Of a stretch of 64,000 bases of DNA, positions 38,701 through 49,018 are shown piece after piece. Each line of letters begins with the position of its first letter. The stretch's first letter is position 1. Where the stretch lies: positions 1,984,001 to 2,048,000 of the forward strand of contig CAXXMD010000003.1 in the NCBI GenBank assembly GCA_963675755.2, read 5' to 3'. Made by a program: the position numbers and the translations under genes. This DNA comes from a bacterium. Its GTDB lineage: Bacteria; Zhuqueibacterota; Zhuqueibacteria; Residuimicrobiales; Krinioviventaceae. A model generated the notes under the pieces. The model was not told the DNA's origin. It saw nothing but the letters and a program-made list of their open reading frames with translations, and searched no databases.

Positions 38701-39367
38701 AACGCAGTTAAAAGAAAAGATAAAAGCGTTTGGTCCTGTGAATCTCTTGGCATTAAAAGAATTTGAAAAGGAAAAAGAGCGTCTTGAATTTTTAACAACA
38801 CAACGAGACGATCTGATCAAAGCACGCCAAGATCTTAAAGACGCAATTACCCTGATCAATAAAACGGCCAGGGACAAGTTTGTTGGTACATTTGAAGAAA
38901 TAAAAAAGAATTTTTCAGAGGTTTTTAAAACATTTTTTGAGGGCGGGAGAGCTGATATTGTTCTGAGAGAGGGTGATGATCCACTTGAAGCAGATATTGA
39001 TATTTTTGCTACACCGGGTGGAAAAAGATTATCCTCATTGGCACTTATGTCTGGTGGTGAGAAATCATTGACCGCTGTTTCCCTCTTGTTTGCCATCTAT
39101 CTTGTAAAACCCAGTCCATTCTGTATTTTTGATGAGGTTGATGCTCCCTTGGACGATTTAAATGTGAACCGTTTTGCAAAGGCATTGCAGGAATACTCGG
39201 AAAATACCCAGTTTATTGTTGTTACCCATAACAAGCTTACTATGAGGGCTGCAAAGCAGCTATATGGTGTAACCATGCAAGAACAAGGTGTTTCAAAAGT
39301 GGTTTCGGTCAAGTTTGATTCTGCACTGGAAATAACCCAAAATGAACAGGCAGTACCTGCCGAATAA
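35789..39367 (+). CDS. smc: Chromosome segregation protein SMC
   Basis: GFKSFA, GPNGCGKSN Walker A, coiled coils with hinge, MSGGEKS and FDEVDAPLD motifs. Confidence 0.97.
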   Translation: MKLAELNVVGFKSFAKKTHVVFHDGMTAIVGPNGCGKSNIVDAIRWVMGEQKSGVLRSDKMDNVIFAGSASAKPVGMAEVSLKVENTNNLLPVDYSEVVITRRLFRSGESQYLINGNQCRLKDINDLFMDTGMALGSYSVIELPQVERLLNGKPEERRKIFEEAAGITKYKIRRKASLRKLESTEKDLLRIEDILSEVEKTTRSLRRQVSKAEKYQEYSSELKKLEILFAEYEYARLMNELDPLQKKFNIIRDEREGISTNLVKHETSFESLRNTLLDLEKKLSEGQRDYNTKNHEIQKFEERILVNSERIRSLKEACDRYVEEQKVQKARAEELSTTSDESHYDLKNAKKEHLAAQEKYEIHNDQFKGLREEYEQKRSQVKEAEMLVLRYTEELSRTQNEGERLKATEENLSSRLKQITEESENQTRRLGDLVEQIKSTDEQKKSLEEELLKKKSNLDKINKETLEAKSSLESLQKSEMQDRNRIEVLENQAEMVKRLLESYQDYPAGVRYLATNQTDHFHTFGAIANLLHMPQEYRPAIAAALGDAATYLIVEDMNTAFNGIGLLQQDKKGTASFLPFKRIKASVLDQPKIDDLGIIGWANQVVQCEPQYQPILDLLLGNFLIVQDLETANRLFDSFKGHKTNLVTLNGEVLGYWGIVKGGSLNKKQLDFVGREEQLKELLEEIEQLKATVEQRRLIIAQRNEQISAAASEAEALSVSIQNLEELVSSKRLELGQMQFEEQSIKELLKDRDNEKQNLIQQMGQVDENLKNKSSDTQDIETKRQKVAEQTQVLNEEQKVLEDKLNQAAGIVQEMQIKVAKMQSVYESRQREVDSLQNQLHEANRMIQLREEETRRAGEEIEELDEINKTYQENIKELTEKREEIHKSLEALKEQQYQINVQVDVNEKDIKSIRSRSEELSESVHQVELRISELKMNVENLKNRMIEEYEYTLKKELVEENFDYAETKDTITQLKEKIKAFGPVNLLALKEFEKEKERLEFLTTQRDDLIKARQDLKDAITLINKTARDKFVGTFEEIKKNFSEVFKTFFEGGRADIVLREGDDPLEADIDIFATPGGKRLSSLALMSGGEKSLTAVSLLFAIYLVKPSPFCIFDEVDAPLDDLNVNRFAKALQEYSENTQFIVVTHNKLTMRAAKQLYGVTMQEQGVSKVVSVKFDSALEITQNEQAVPAE

Positions 39368-39385
39368 TTTAAAAGGAGGGTAACC

Positions 39386-40891
39386 ATGCAAAACAACAAA
39401 GTAAAAGGGCTTTTTCTTTTTGTCAGTCTGGTAGTGTTGCTGACAAGCGGTGTATCCCTGTTGTTTGCTCAAGATGAAGCTGCCACCCCTGCGGCAGAAG
39501 ATAGTTCTGCAGTCGGAACTCCACGGTTTGAATTTGCCCTGGATATGAACCGTTTCAGATATGCAGACAGTTTAACCTATCTGGAATATTCAATTGCGAT
39601 TTTTCAATCCATGTTACAGTTTGTAGAAACCGAAGACAATTTGTACATGGGACAATTTGTCGTTTCTTCGGAACTCTTGCAAGCAGATTCTGTTATTGCT
39701 CAAAAAGAATGGATGAATGTCAACAAAGTTGACAGCCTGGGACAGATAAATTACAATCAGCGTTTATATACGATCAGTAGCTTTGTGTTAAATCCCGGAG
39801 ATTATAAACTCAAAGTTCAAGTATCTGATCCTAACAATGCAAACAGCATTGCTCGTGGAGAGTTTCCTGTCAAAATAGATCCTTTTGATAATGAAAAATT
39901 ATTAATCTCTGATGTACAAGTTGCATCCTCCATTGCTAGAAGTGAAGAAAATAATCCATTCGTTAAAAATGGATTTCAAATTATACCTAATCCCTCTTAT
40001 TTGTATGGAATTGGGCTTCCTATGCTTTATTGCTATTCTGAAGTTTACAATTTGGTAGAAGCGGAATCTGATTCAGGGCAGTATTATGGTGTGTCTTATA
40101 CCATTTCTGACCGGGATGGCAAAGAAGTAAAATCATTGCCCGAGAAATTGAGAAAGAAACCCGGTAAATCATCGGTTGAGGTTAACAGCATAAATGTAGT
40201 AACATTAGTTTCGGGTCCTTATACTTTGAATACTATTGTGGAAGATAAAGAATCCGGCCAAAAAGCTAATTTTAAGCGAAAATTTTATGTTTATCGTGAT
40301 GGTGATTTCAAAGAAGGTGGAGAATTATACGCCAACAAGGAAGAAATTACAGGTGAAGGTAGTGCCGGACTGGATGCGCATCGTTATGATGTAATGTCTG
40401 AAAAAGAAATTGATAAAGAATTTGATATTGCCAAGTATATAGCTACCCGTGAAGAAAAATCTACCTATAAACGCTTAAATCATGATGGTAAAAAAGAGTT
40501 TATAAGATCTTTTTGGGCCAGAAGAGATAAAACCCCGGGAACTGATGCAAATGAGTTTAAAGAAGATTATTTGGGCCGGGTTAAAAAAGCCAATAACAAT
40601 TATAAAGGCGGTTTTAAAGAAGGCTGGAAAAGTGATCGTGGTAGAATATTGCTTATCTATGGTGAGCCTGATGAAGTAGAAAGACATCCCTCAGGCATGG
40701 AAACACGACCTTATGAGATTTGGCAATATCATTACTTGCAGGGTGGAGTGGCTTTTGCCTTTGTAGATCGTAGGGGAATGGGAGAATTTGAATTGGTCCA
40801 TTCTACAGCGAGAGGTGAGTTGTATGACGCTCAATGGCAGCGTTGGATTTATCCTGACAATGAATCTACTTATAATAGTAATATGTATTAA
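39386..40891 (+). CDS. GWxTD domain-containing exported protein
   Basis: Signal peptide; FWARRD...GWKSDRGRILLIYGEPD...EIWQY. Confidence 0.88.
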   Translation: MQNNKVKGLFLFVSLVVLLTSGVSLLFAQDEAATPAAEDSSAVGTPRFEFALDMNRFRYADSLTYLEYSIAIFQSMLQFVETEDNLYMGQFVVSSELLQADSVIAQKEWMNVNKVDSLGQINYNQRLYTISSFVLNPGDYKLKVQVSDPNNANSIARGEFPVKIDPFDNEKLLISDVQVASSIARSEENNPFVKNGFQIIPNPSYLYGIGLPMLYCYSEVYNLVEAESDSGQYYGVSYTISDRDGKEVKSLPEKLRKKPGKSSVEVNSINVVTLVSGPYTLNTIVEDKESGQKANFKRKFYVYRDGDFKEGGELYANKEEITGEGSAGLDAHRYDVMSEKEIDKEFDIAKYIATREEKSTYKRLNHDGKKEFIRSFWARRDKTPGTDANEFKEDYLGRVKKANNNYKGGFKEGWKSDRGRILLIYGEPDEVERHPSGMETRPYEIWQYHYLQGGVAFAFVDRRGMGEFELVHSTARGELYDAQWQRWIYPDNESTYNSNMY

Positions 40892-40919
40892 AAAAGGCCG
40901 CGAAAGCGGCCTTTTTTTT
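40890..40919 (+). terminator. Intrinsic terminator (bidirectional form)
   Basis: AAAAAAGGCCGC-GAAA-GCGGCCTTTTTTTT. Confidence 0.9.
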
Positions 40920-41017
40920 ATAAACATATTTTCTTTTTCTTATGGCATTTCTATTAATTACTTTCTATATTGAATTATATTTTAGTTTGACATCAGCTTA
41001 ATAAAAGGGAGAGTTGT

Positions 41018-42307
41018 ATGCGCAACGTGATGACTATCATTTTGGGAGGGGGGAGAGGTACACGTCTACATCCATTGACGAAACTCAGGGCAAAACCTGC
41101 TGTTCCCCTGGCTGGAAAGTACAGACTTATTGATATCCCCATCAGTAACAGTATTAATTCGGGCATCCAAAAGATTTATATCATGACCCAATTCAATTCC
41201 GCATCTTTGAACAGACATGTTGGTCTGACGTATCATTTTTCACCGTTTTCTGAGGGATTTATTGAAATCCTTGCTGCCCAGCAAACTCCTGAACGCTCTG
41301 ACTGGTTCCAAGGTACTGCTGATGCTGTTCGGCAATATTTACATACGATTAAAGAAGTTCCGGTGAGTGAATTTCTGATATTATCCGGAGATCATTTGTA
41401 TCGTATGGATTACCGCCCTTTTATTAAAATGCATCGGGATTCAAAAGCAGATCTTACAATATCTGTTGTTCCTGTAGAAGAAGAAAAAGCTTCTGATTTT
41501 GGTTTGATGAAAATTGATGACAAGGGAGCTATTGTAGAATTTTCGGAAAAGCCTAAAGGTCAGGCTTTGCAGGAGATGAAAGTTGACACAACTGTATTAG
41601 GGCTAACGCCTGAAGAAGCGGAACGCAAACCTTATATTGCGTCTATGGGTATTTATGTGTTTAAACGGGATGCGTTAATTAAACTTTTGACGGAATTGGT
41701 AGATCAGCAGGATTTTGGTAAAGAGATTATACCGCATGCTATTGGTGAATATAACGTTCAGGCTTATCTCTTTAATGATTACTGGGAAGATATAGGTACT
41801 ATAGGTGCATATTATCAATGTAATATTGATCTTACAAAGTATGACAATCCTGATTTTAGTTTTTATGAAACCAATGCTCCCATTTTTACGCGTCAACGTT
41901 TCTTGCCTCCCTGCAAGCTTGTAAATACGGAATTAACAGAGACCATGATCTCAGAAGGATGTATTGTAATCAATGCCAAGATCAGGCGCTCAATTTTGGG
42001 AGTTCGGTCTTTTATTTCAGAAAATGTAACCATTGAAGATTCATTGATTTTAGGTAATGATTATTTTGAATCTGCTGAAAGACGTGAAGAAATCCACGAA
42101 AATGGAGAAATTCCTTTAGGTATTGGAAAGAATACATTTATCAAGCGCGCAATCATTGATAAAAATGCAAGAATTGGTCAGAATGTACGGATTGTAAACA
42201 AGGACAATCTTGAAGAATATGAAGATGATAAGCATGGTTACTGGATTAGAGATGGAATTGTCATTGTGACCAAAAATGCTGTAATTCCTGATGGAACAGT
42301 AATATAA
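41018..42307 (+). CDS. glgC: Glucose-1-phosphate adenylyltransferase
   Basis: [38 protein letters not shown] and ILSGDHLY motifs. Confidence 0.97.
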   Translation: MRNVMTIILGGGRGTRLHPLTKLRAKPAVPLAGKYRLIDIPISNSINSGIQKIYIMTQFNSASLNRHVGLTYHFSPFSEGFIEILAAQQTPERSDWFQGTADAVRQYLHTIKEVPVSEFLILSGDHLYRMDYRPFIKMHRDSKADLTISVVPVEEEKASDFGLMKIDDKGAIVEFSEKPKGQALQEMKVDTTVLGLTPEEAERKPYIASMGIYVFKRDALIKLLTELVDQQDFGKEIIPHAIGEYNVQAYLFNDYWEDIGTIGAYYQCNIDLTKYDNPDFSFYETNAPIFTRQRFLPPCKLVNTELTETMISEGCIVINAKIRRSILGVRSFISENVTIEDSLILGNDYFESAERREEIHENGEIPLGIGKNTFIKRAIIDKNARIGQNVRIVNKDNLEEYEDDKHGYWIRDGIVIVTKNAVIPDGTVI

Positions 42308-42374
42308 TTTTGAATAAAACAACAGTTACATGTGTAATACTAGTATGTAACGTAATCTAAATAAGGAAAGACCT

Positions 42375-43358
42375 ATGAACAAACGAGTGATAAATATAGG
42401 CGGTGAAAATGTGGTTATTCCGGAATTCAAAAACAGTTTACTGCTCTATATCATTGTTGGATTTATTGTTGTATGGATGGTTTTTTCATCCGCGTACACG
42501 GTTGATGCTGATGAAGTTGGTGTGATTCAGCGCTTTGGCAAGTACGCTACTACAACCACTCCCGGCCTCCATTTCAAGATCCCTCTGGGGGTAGAAACCG
42601 TAACTAAAGTTAGAGTACAGCGTGTATTTAAACAAGAGTTTGGCTTTAGAACCATCAAGGCCGGAATCAAGACCCAGTATTCGGACCGTGATTTTTCGTC
42701 TGAATCGCTAATGCTAACCGGCGATTTGAATGCCGCTCTGGTAGAATGGATTGTGCAATATCGCATCAAAGATCCCGTCAAGTATCTGTTCAAGGTTCGG
42801 GATGTTGAAGCCACAATTCGATATGTTTCAGAATCCATAATGCGCCAGGTTGTTGGTGACAATAGTGTTGATGAAGTTATCATTCTCAGCAGAAAAAGCA
42901 TTGCTTTGCAAGCGCAGGAACTGATGCAGTCACTGTTGAATGATTATGAAACGGGTGTTGATATTGTGACTGTGAATTTGCAGGATGTAAACCCACCCGT
43001 ACCTGTTCAACCTGCGTTTAATGAAGTAAACGAGGCACGACAGGAAAAAGAACGTATCATCAATGAAGCAAGAGAAACATACAATACAATCATACCTAAA
43101 GCAAAAGGTCAGGCAGAACAGGCTATCCTTGAGGCTGAAGGGTATGCTACCAATAGAATTAACCGCGCAAAAGGTGATGCTGATCGTTTTACACAGATTT
43201 GGCGTGAATATTCCAAGGCCAAAGATGTAACTAAACGAAGAATGTACATCGAAATGATGCGAGAAGTATTGCCCAAGATTGATAAAAAATATATTGTGGA
43301 CGATGAATTAAAGTCCTTTTTACCCATGCTGCAGTTAGGAAAGGAGGCGGGTAAATGA
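42375..43358 (+). CDS. hflK: FtsH protease modulator HflK
   Basis: SPFH domain with MLTGDLN, LQDVNPP and AKGDADRF; paired with hflC. Confidence 0.93.
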   Translation: MNKRVINIGGENVVIPEFKNSLLLYIIVGFIVVWMVFSSAYTVDADEVGVIQRFGKYATTTTPGLHFKIPLGVETVTKVRVQRVFKQEFGFRTIKAGIKTQYSDRDFSSESLMLTGDLNAALVEWIVQYRIKDPVKYLFKVRDVEATIRYVSESIMRQVVGDNSVDEVIILSRKSIALQAQELMQSLLNDYETGVDIVTVNLQDVNPPVPVQPAFNEVNEARQEKERIINEARETYNTIIPKAKGQAEQAILEAEGYATNRINRAKGDADRFTQIWREYSKAKDVTKRRMYIEMMREVLPKIDKKYIVDDELKSFLPMLQLGKEAGK

Positions 43359-44299
43359 ACAAGAATCCTAAACTCGTTGTATATGGTATCATTGCCCTTG
43401 TGCTGATTATCATTCTTGCCAACACATTATATACGATTGATGAAACCAAGCAGGTCATTATTACTCAGTTTGGTGAGCCTGTGGGTGACCCTGTATCGGA
43501 CGCGGGATTGCATGTTAAAGTGCCTTTTTTTCAAAAAGCGACCTATTTTGAAAAACGAATTCTGGAATGGGATGGAGATCCTAATCAAATTCCGACCAAA
43601 GATAAAAAATATCTTTTGGTTGATACGTTTGCCAGATGGAGAATTGTTGATCCTTTAAAGTTCTTTCAATCTGTAAACAATGAAAGAAATGCTTTGGGAC
43701 GTCTTGATGATATTATTGACGGTATAACCCGGGATTATATCAGCGAGAATTTACTGATAGAAGTGGTCCGTAATTCAAACCGTGCCATGGCTTTTTCTAC
43801 AGAAGAGCAAAGTGAATTGATTATGGAAGTGGATTCCTTGAAAATTGAAAAAGGACGTATGGCCATTACCAATGTGATTTTGGAAAAAGTCCAGGAAGTT
43901 GTACCGCAATATGGCATTCAGGTTGAAGATATTCGTATTAAACAGGTGAACTATATTGAAGAAGTACGAACCAAGGTTTTTGATCGTATGATCTCTGAGC
44001 GTAAACGAATTGCCATGTTGTATCGTTCAGAAGGTCAGGGTAAAAAGGCTGAAATTGAAGGTCAAACAGATCGCGAACTGCAAAAGATAAATTCTGAAGC
44101 TTATCGTATAGCTCAGGAAATTCGGGGTAAGGCCGACGCAACAGCAACCGAGATATATGCCAGTGCGTTTAATCGTGATCCGGAATTTTATACTTTTATG
44201 GAAACCTTGAATACCTACCGCGAAACCATTGACAAGTCCAGTACGGTTATTTTCAGTACGGATAATGATTATTTGAAATATTTGAAAACACAAAAGTAG
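43355..44299 (+). CDS. hflC: FtsH protease modulator HflC
   Basis: ITQFGEP, KDKKYLLVD, RMISER and DPEFY motifs. Confidence 0.93.
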   Translation: MNKNPKLVVYGIIALVLIIILANTLYTIDETKQVIITQFGEPVGDPVSDAGLHVKVPFFQKATYFEKRILEWDGDPNQIPTKDKKYLLVDTFARWRIVDPLKFFQSVNNERNALGRLDDIIDGITRDYISENLLIEVVRNSNRAMAFSTEEQSELIMEVDSLKIEKGRMAITNVILEKVQEVVPQYGIQVEDIRIKQVNYIEEVRTKVFDRMISERKRIAMLYRSEGQGKKAEIEGQTDRELQKINSEAYRIAQEIRGKADATATEIYASAFNRDPEFYTFMETLNTYRETIDKSSTVIFSTDNDYLKYLKTQK

Positions 44300-44315
44300 A
44301 ACAAGATTTAAATCC

Positions 44316-44350
44316 AAGCCGTCTTTTAATAAAAAAGGCGGCTTTTTTTT
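44316..44350. terminator. Terminator between convergent genes
   Basis: AAGCCGTCTTTT...AAAAGGCGGCTT followed by a T run. Confidence 0.75.
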
Positions 44351-44353
44351 GCG

Positions 44354-46001
44354 TTAATAAAAAATTGAATCGATTTTCATTGCCTGTTTGTTGACAAACG
44401 ATGGTAAATGCCGCATGTAAAAGTGAATAAACACCCTGAACAGAAACGAAACAGGCGCAGACAGTAATATGGTGTCGATAAATCGGTATTGCTGAGTTTG
44501 ACGGACGCACACCTGGAAAAAGAATTTTAACATGCGGTGGCTGCTTGTAGAAAAGGTGATTGAAAAATCAACCGAATCCGGGTATTTATTTTGGTATTGG
44601 GCTATTTTTGCAAGATACTTGGGTTTTGCTGATTTTTTATATAATGCTCTGCGGCTGTATAGCAATACCCGCAGGGTGTCATATATATAATCAAGGTTTT
44701 CAATTTCCGCCGCTTTGCCCAGTTTCCGAATCTCTTTTAAATCACCCAGCGAAATATCAATGGATTTCATTCCGGTATAATCCAGAAATGCTATGAGGAA
44801 TGGGGATATGGTGACATTGTCCCAGTACAACCATAGCAGGGGAGGTATACGGAACCGACGCAGGTAAAAAGATTTTTCGGCAAAGCCCTCAATATACAAT
44901 ATTTTGTCAAATATGGATTGAAACTCGATGAGGAATTTTATCTGTTCCGGGCTTAACATGGATTTTAAAATTTCGTCGGCGTTTTCTCCGTTTTCAAATA
45001 TACGGATGCATGCTTTGGTGTTTAATTCGTTCCACAGGGAGGATTGTTTTAAAAAAGTGTAATTCCGCCATTTTGACCAGCCCCCGGTTTGACACCATAC
45101 GGATATACCCACAAGCATGGGATTGTTTTTGAGCTGTTGATAATATTTTTCATATTGCCAGCCAACATACCAGGGAAAAACACCAAAGCCTTCACGCTCT
45201 CGCCTTGCCTGTAATTCAATTATTTTTTTATGACGGCTGTTTGTGAGTAACGGATTCAGCTCGAGATGATTAAAAAAGTCAGTATCTCCAAATTTCATGG
45301 ATACAATAAAATACTCACTGTCAATACTGTTAAAGGATTGATGATAAGTTGCGGGATTCCAGATGAGGTCCCCAATGGGATACACGCCAACAGTCCAGGT
45401 TCTAAAGATCAGGTGTTTTTGATGTTTTTCAAAAATGGGCATTAATTCATTAATGCAGTACCGAACATGGGCCGGTTTTTTCAAGACCAACCGGCTTTTA
45501 AAATCTTCACGCACATCAATACCATCAGATTCCCCAATGCGCAGTACAATACCATCGATGGGAAACTGTTCCAGCAGAGTATCGCATGCCTGTACAAGCA
45601 GGGCTATCGCATTTTTGAGTTTGCCTTTGGACTGCTTTTCAATCCATTTGTTAAAAAACATGATATCCGAGTTGATCACAACTTTCAAATCGAGATTTTT
45701 TGCAACTTTGAATAATTGATCAAATTCGTTCTGATATGCATTGATCTTTTGTTTTAATTCTTTCGGATAGAATTCAAACAAAACCAGATGGGCAATATCA
45801 TCAAGCGCGATTGTGTCATAACCCAGGGATTTGGCTTGTACACAAAACTGTTCAAAAGCGGGTCTTATTTTTTCAAATTTTTTGGAATTGACCTGTCCGT
45901 TTTTTTCAAGGTTGCGAAAAAGGGATCTTTGACCAGTTTATGGTTTTCTTTTTGTATCCCTTGAAAAAAGGACCTATTGCGTCAATAATTTTCCAGTCCA
46001 T
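44354..46001 (-). pseudogene. Hypothetical (possibly glycoside-hydrolase-like) protein split by a 1-nt frameshift; true pseudogene or sequencing error
   Basis: ATG 46001 reads MDWKIIDAIGPFFKGYKKKTINWSKIPF. Removing one base from the A5 run at 45917-45921 continues as RNLEKNG...LDDIAHLVLFEFYPK into the 44354..45781 ORF. Confidence 0.7.
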
Positions 46002-46021
46002 GGTTTGCCCCGCTATATAAT

Positions 46022-46053
46022 AAAAAAGGCCTGTCAGTTAGTCCCAACAGGCC
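46022..46053 (-). terminator. Intrinsic terminator of the SDR-flavoprotein pair
   Basis: GGCCTGT...ACAGGCC stem followed by T6 on the minus strand. Confidence 0.75.
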
Positions 46054-46059
46054 AGCTTT

Positions 46060-48058
46060 TTAATAATCGCCTTCTATAAATATCTCACCGTTCATATACT
46101 TGCCCCATACGTTCTCAAACCAGCTTTCTTCCTTCCGGCAGGGGTCTGCGTTTTTTCCAGGTGGATTTATAGGTACCATCTTTAGTTAATACGGTTTCAA
46201 GCACCCATTCCCGTAAATTTGGGACTTCGGGTTTGTAATTCCATTCACTCCCCAGGCTTTCCAGAACAGGGTCTCCATTGGGGTCCATTACCATATAAGA
46301 TCCCCGGCTGCCACCGCCTTTTTCAAGATAGGCGCGTATAGCTTCCAGATATGCAGCCTGTGCCGTTACCAGGTGCCGGTTTTGCAGAACAAAAGGCAGA
46401 TCGGATAATGATGTAATTTGCTGTTCATCATAACGTTTAATTTGATTATATGCTTCCTCAAGCGCTTTGTTGACCTGGTTGAGATCACGAATGTGCGATC
46501 CATAGTTGGTCATGCGCTGTTGAAATTCATCACGATATGCTTTTGCTGTGTTTTGTTGTGAGAGGGATTTGCTGAATTTTTGGATTACATTTAACAGCTT
46601 TTTACCTTGAATTGACGCAGCATTTTTAAACTGTTCTTCGGAAACGGGCTCTACGGTTTTGCCGGCAGTGATTTTTTGTGCAGCGCGCAGAGATCCTACC
46701 TGCCCAGAGTTCAATGCAGAACCGCCGGGACGGTAAACACCATGACTGCCGTTAACCTCACCGATGGGGTAGAGGTTTCGGATGTTGGATTCCCACCACA
46801 GGTTGCCTGCAAGTCCGCCATTGTTGTGTTGTGCGCAAACCGCAACTTCCAGCGGTTCGGTACGGATGTCAATACCGTTTTTGTCGTACAGCTCAATGGC
46901 AAGGGGATTCATCTTTTCCAGTCGTTCAATGGGTGTACCAAATAACGCATTTGAATTCTCAAGGTATTTATAAGCTTCCTGTTCCATATCCTCAAATCGG
47001 AATGCGCCAATACGTTCATCACCGCGGGGATTTTCTCTAAAATCCATATAGACCTTGCGGCCTTTGACAACAGTCTCTATATATACCAGAACGTCTACCA
47101 GGGATGATCCGTAATTGGGGATTTTACGGGGATCGAACGGCCACTGGTATCCTTTTAAAAAGACATCGGTTGCCAACTTGCCCATTGTGGGGAAATATTC
47201 GTTTAAAAATTCCTGCTCGTCATTTCCATCCGCATCTGTACTGATATAGCGGGGGATAACCTGTTGATACGTTCCGGAAACATTCCAACGGAATTTTGTG
47301 GATGCCAGACCGTATTGGGATTCGGTCAGGTTGCGGGCTACCGCACCCACTTCGAGTGCCAAACCAATAGCGCCAATGTGCACCTCGGGGTAAACAGAGG
47401 TTTTGTACAATCCGCCGGGTCCACCAACACCGAATACCACATTATTGGCCATAAAAAAGACCAATCCAAAATCTTTTTCATTTAATTTATCTTTATTGAT
47501 GGCAATAGCGCCAACACTGCGGCCATTGTCCACAAGCAGGGCAACAATGTCGTGATTGTCAAAGATTTCTATGCCCTTGTTTTTGATCTCTTTTAGCAGG
47601 CATTGTACCATCTGGTGTGAAGTCCAGGGGCCGGCAGATGTAGCACGTTGACGGGGATCGTGATCGGTTTTATAGCCAACAAAGCCGCCATAAGAATTGT
47701 GCGGGAATTGTACACCAATCTGGGCCAGGTGAAAAAATCCCTGTGCGGAGAGCGTGGCTTCAATTAGTGCAAGGTCTCCATGCATGCCACCGCCATCAAA
47801 CAAAGACTTGGCCATTTCAACGGGAGAGTCGGGCTCTTTGCCGCTGACAGAGAGCTTGTAATATGTCTGTTTGTCAGAACCGGTATTGTTTGATGTTCCA
47901 CCGCCTACTTTTTCTGTAACAATGGCAATATCTGTTTTGCCAGATGCGCATAAAGCATCGGCACAGTTTAAGGATGCGGCGCCGGTACCAATGACTAATG
48001 TATCCAGTTGTATAACCGGGAATTCAATATTATTTATGCTAATAGTTGATTTTTTCAT
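46060..48058 (-). CDS. FAD-binding oxidoreductase (fumarate reductase/L-aspartate oxidase superfamily) with an apparent C-terminal frameshift
   Basis: VIGTGAAS, GTSNNTGSDKQTYYK, QHNNGG and GEVNGSHGVYRPGGSALNSGQVG motifs. As sequenced it stops at 46115; the shifted frame gives EESWFENVWGKYMNGEIFIEGDY ending at 46060. Confidence 0.85.
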
Positions 48059-48078
48059 GAAAACGATATATTCCTTTC

Positions 48079-48852
48079 TTACAATCTTGGCAGATGAAAA
48101 CCACCGTCAACATTAAACACTTGCCCGGTAGAGTATGCAAAGTATCCTTTAGCGATTCCAATAACTGCATTTGCGATATCTTCCGGGTAACCCCAGCGTT
48201 TGGTTGGCAGTAATCCGCCTTCAATCAGATTGTCGTATTTTTCTTTTACAACGCTGGTCATGTCCGTTGCGATAATGCCGGGACGTATTTCGTAAACGGG
48301 TATATCAAATTCGGCCAGTCTGTCTGCGTAAAGTTTGGTCATCATGCTTACACCGGCTTTGGATACACAATACTCACCACGTGCAGGTGAAGACGCATAT
48401 GACGAGAGTGAACCTGTATTGATGATTTGGCAATTGCGTTTAGGATCTTGTTTCTTTTGTTCAATCATCCAGTTGGCAATTTTTTGAGTTAAAAAGTAGG
48501 GTCCGCGTAAATTGATATTAAGGACCCGGTCAAAGCTTTCTTCTGTAGCTTCCAGTATATCCATACGGACTTTGGGGGCAACGCCCGCGTTGTTGACCAG
48601 CAAGTCTATACGTCCAAAACGCGATTTGATCTCGTTAACGATTCTGTCACGGTCTTCTGCTTTTGAAATGTCGGCTTGTATATAAAGTGCTTCAGCACCT
48701 TTGTCTGTCAATGCCTGGATAGTATCTTTAACATCCTGTTCCGCGTGTACGTCATCAACTACAATATTATAACCTTCTTCTGCAAGTTTTTCAGCAATTC
48801 CCCTGCCTATGCCCCGTCCAGCGCCTGTTACTAATGCAACCGGTTTTTCCAT
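48079..48852 (-). CDS. SDR family oxidoreductase (3-ketoacyl-ACP reductase-like)
   Basis: TGAGRGIG, NNAG, YCVSK and VDGG motifs. Confidence 0.92.
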   Translation of the reverse strand: MEKPVALVTGAGRGIGRGIAEKLAEEGYNIVVDDVHAEQDVKDTIQALTDKGAEALYIQADISKAEDRDRIVNEIKSRFGRIDLLVNNAGVAPKVRMDILEATEESFDRVLNINLRGPYFLTQKIANWMIEQKKQDPKRNCQIINTGSLSSYASSPARGEYCVSKAGVSMMTKLYADRLAEFDIPVYEIRPGIIATDMTSVVKEKYDNLIEGGLLPTKRWGYPEDIANAVIGIAKGYFAYSTGQVFNVDGGFHLPRL

Positions 48853-49018
48853 ATTTTGACTTCCTCATTTTTATTTAAATTGTCTTTAAATATAAAATAA
48901 CTGATATGCAAATCAAAGCAAATTATACCTTAAATTTATTATTTTGTTGCGCCTTGGAGCGGGTTTTAATATATTAATTTCTTGTATTAAAATAATAATT
49001 AAAACGATAGGTATAATT

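Noticed and set aside
42325-42351. Inverted repeat GTTACAT-N13-ATGTAAC before hflK
   Set aside because: A single 7-bp AT-rich repeat with no second copy seen; could be chance.
48944-49018. N-terminal extension of CcmF in the ORF track
   Set aside because: AT-rich promoter-like DNA; GTG 49019 gives a typical CcmF start.
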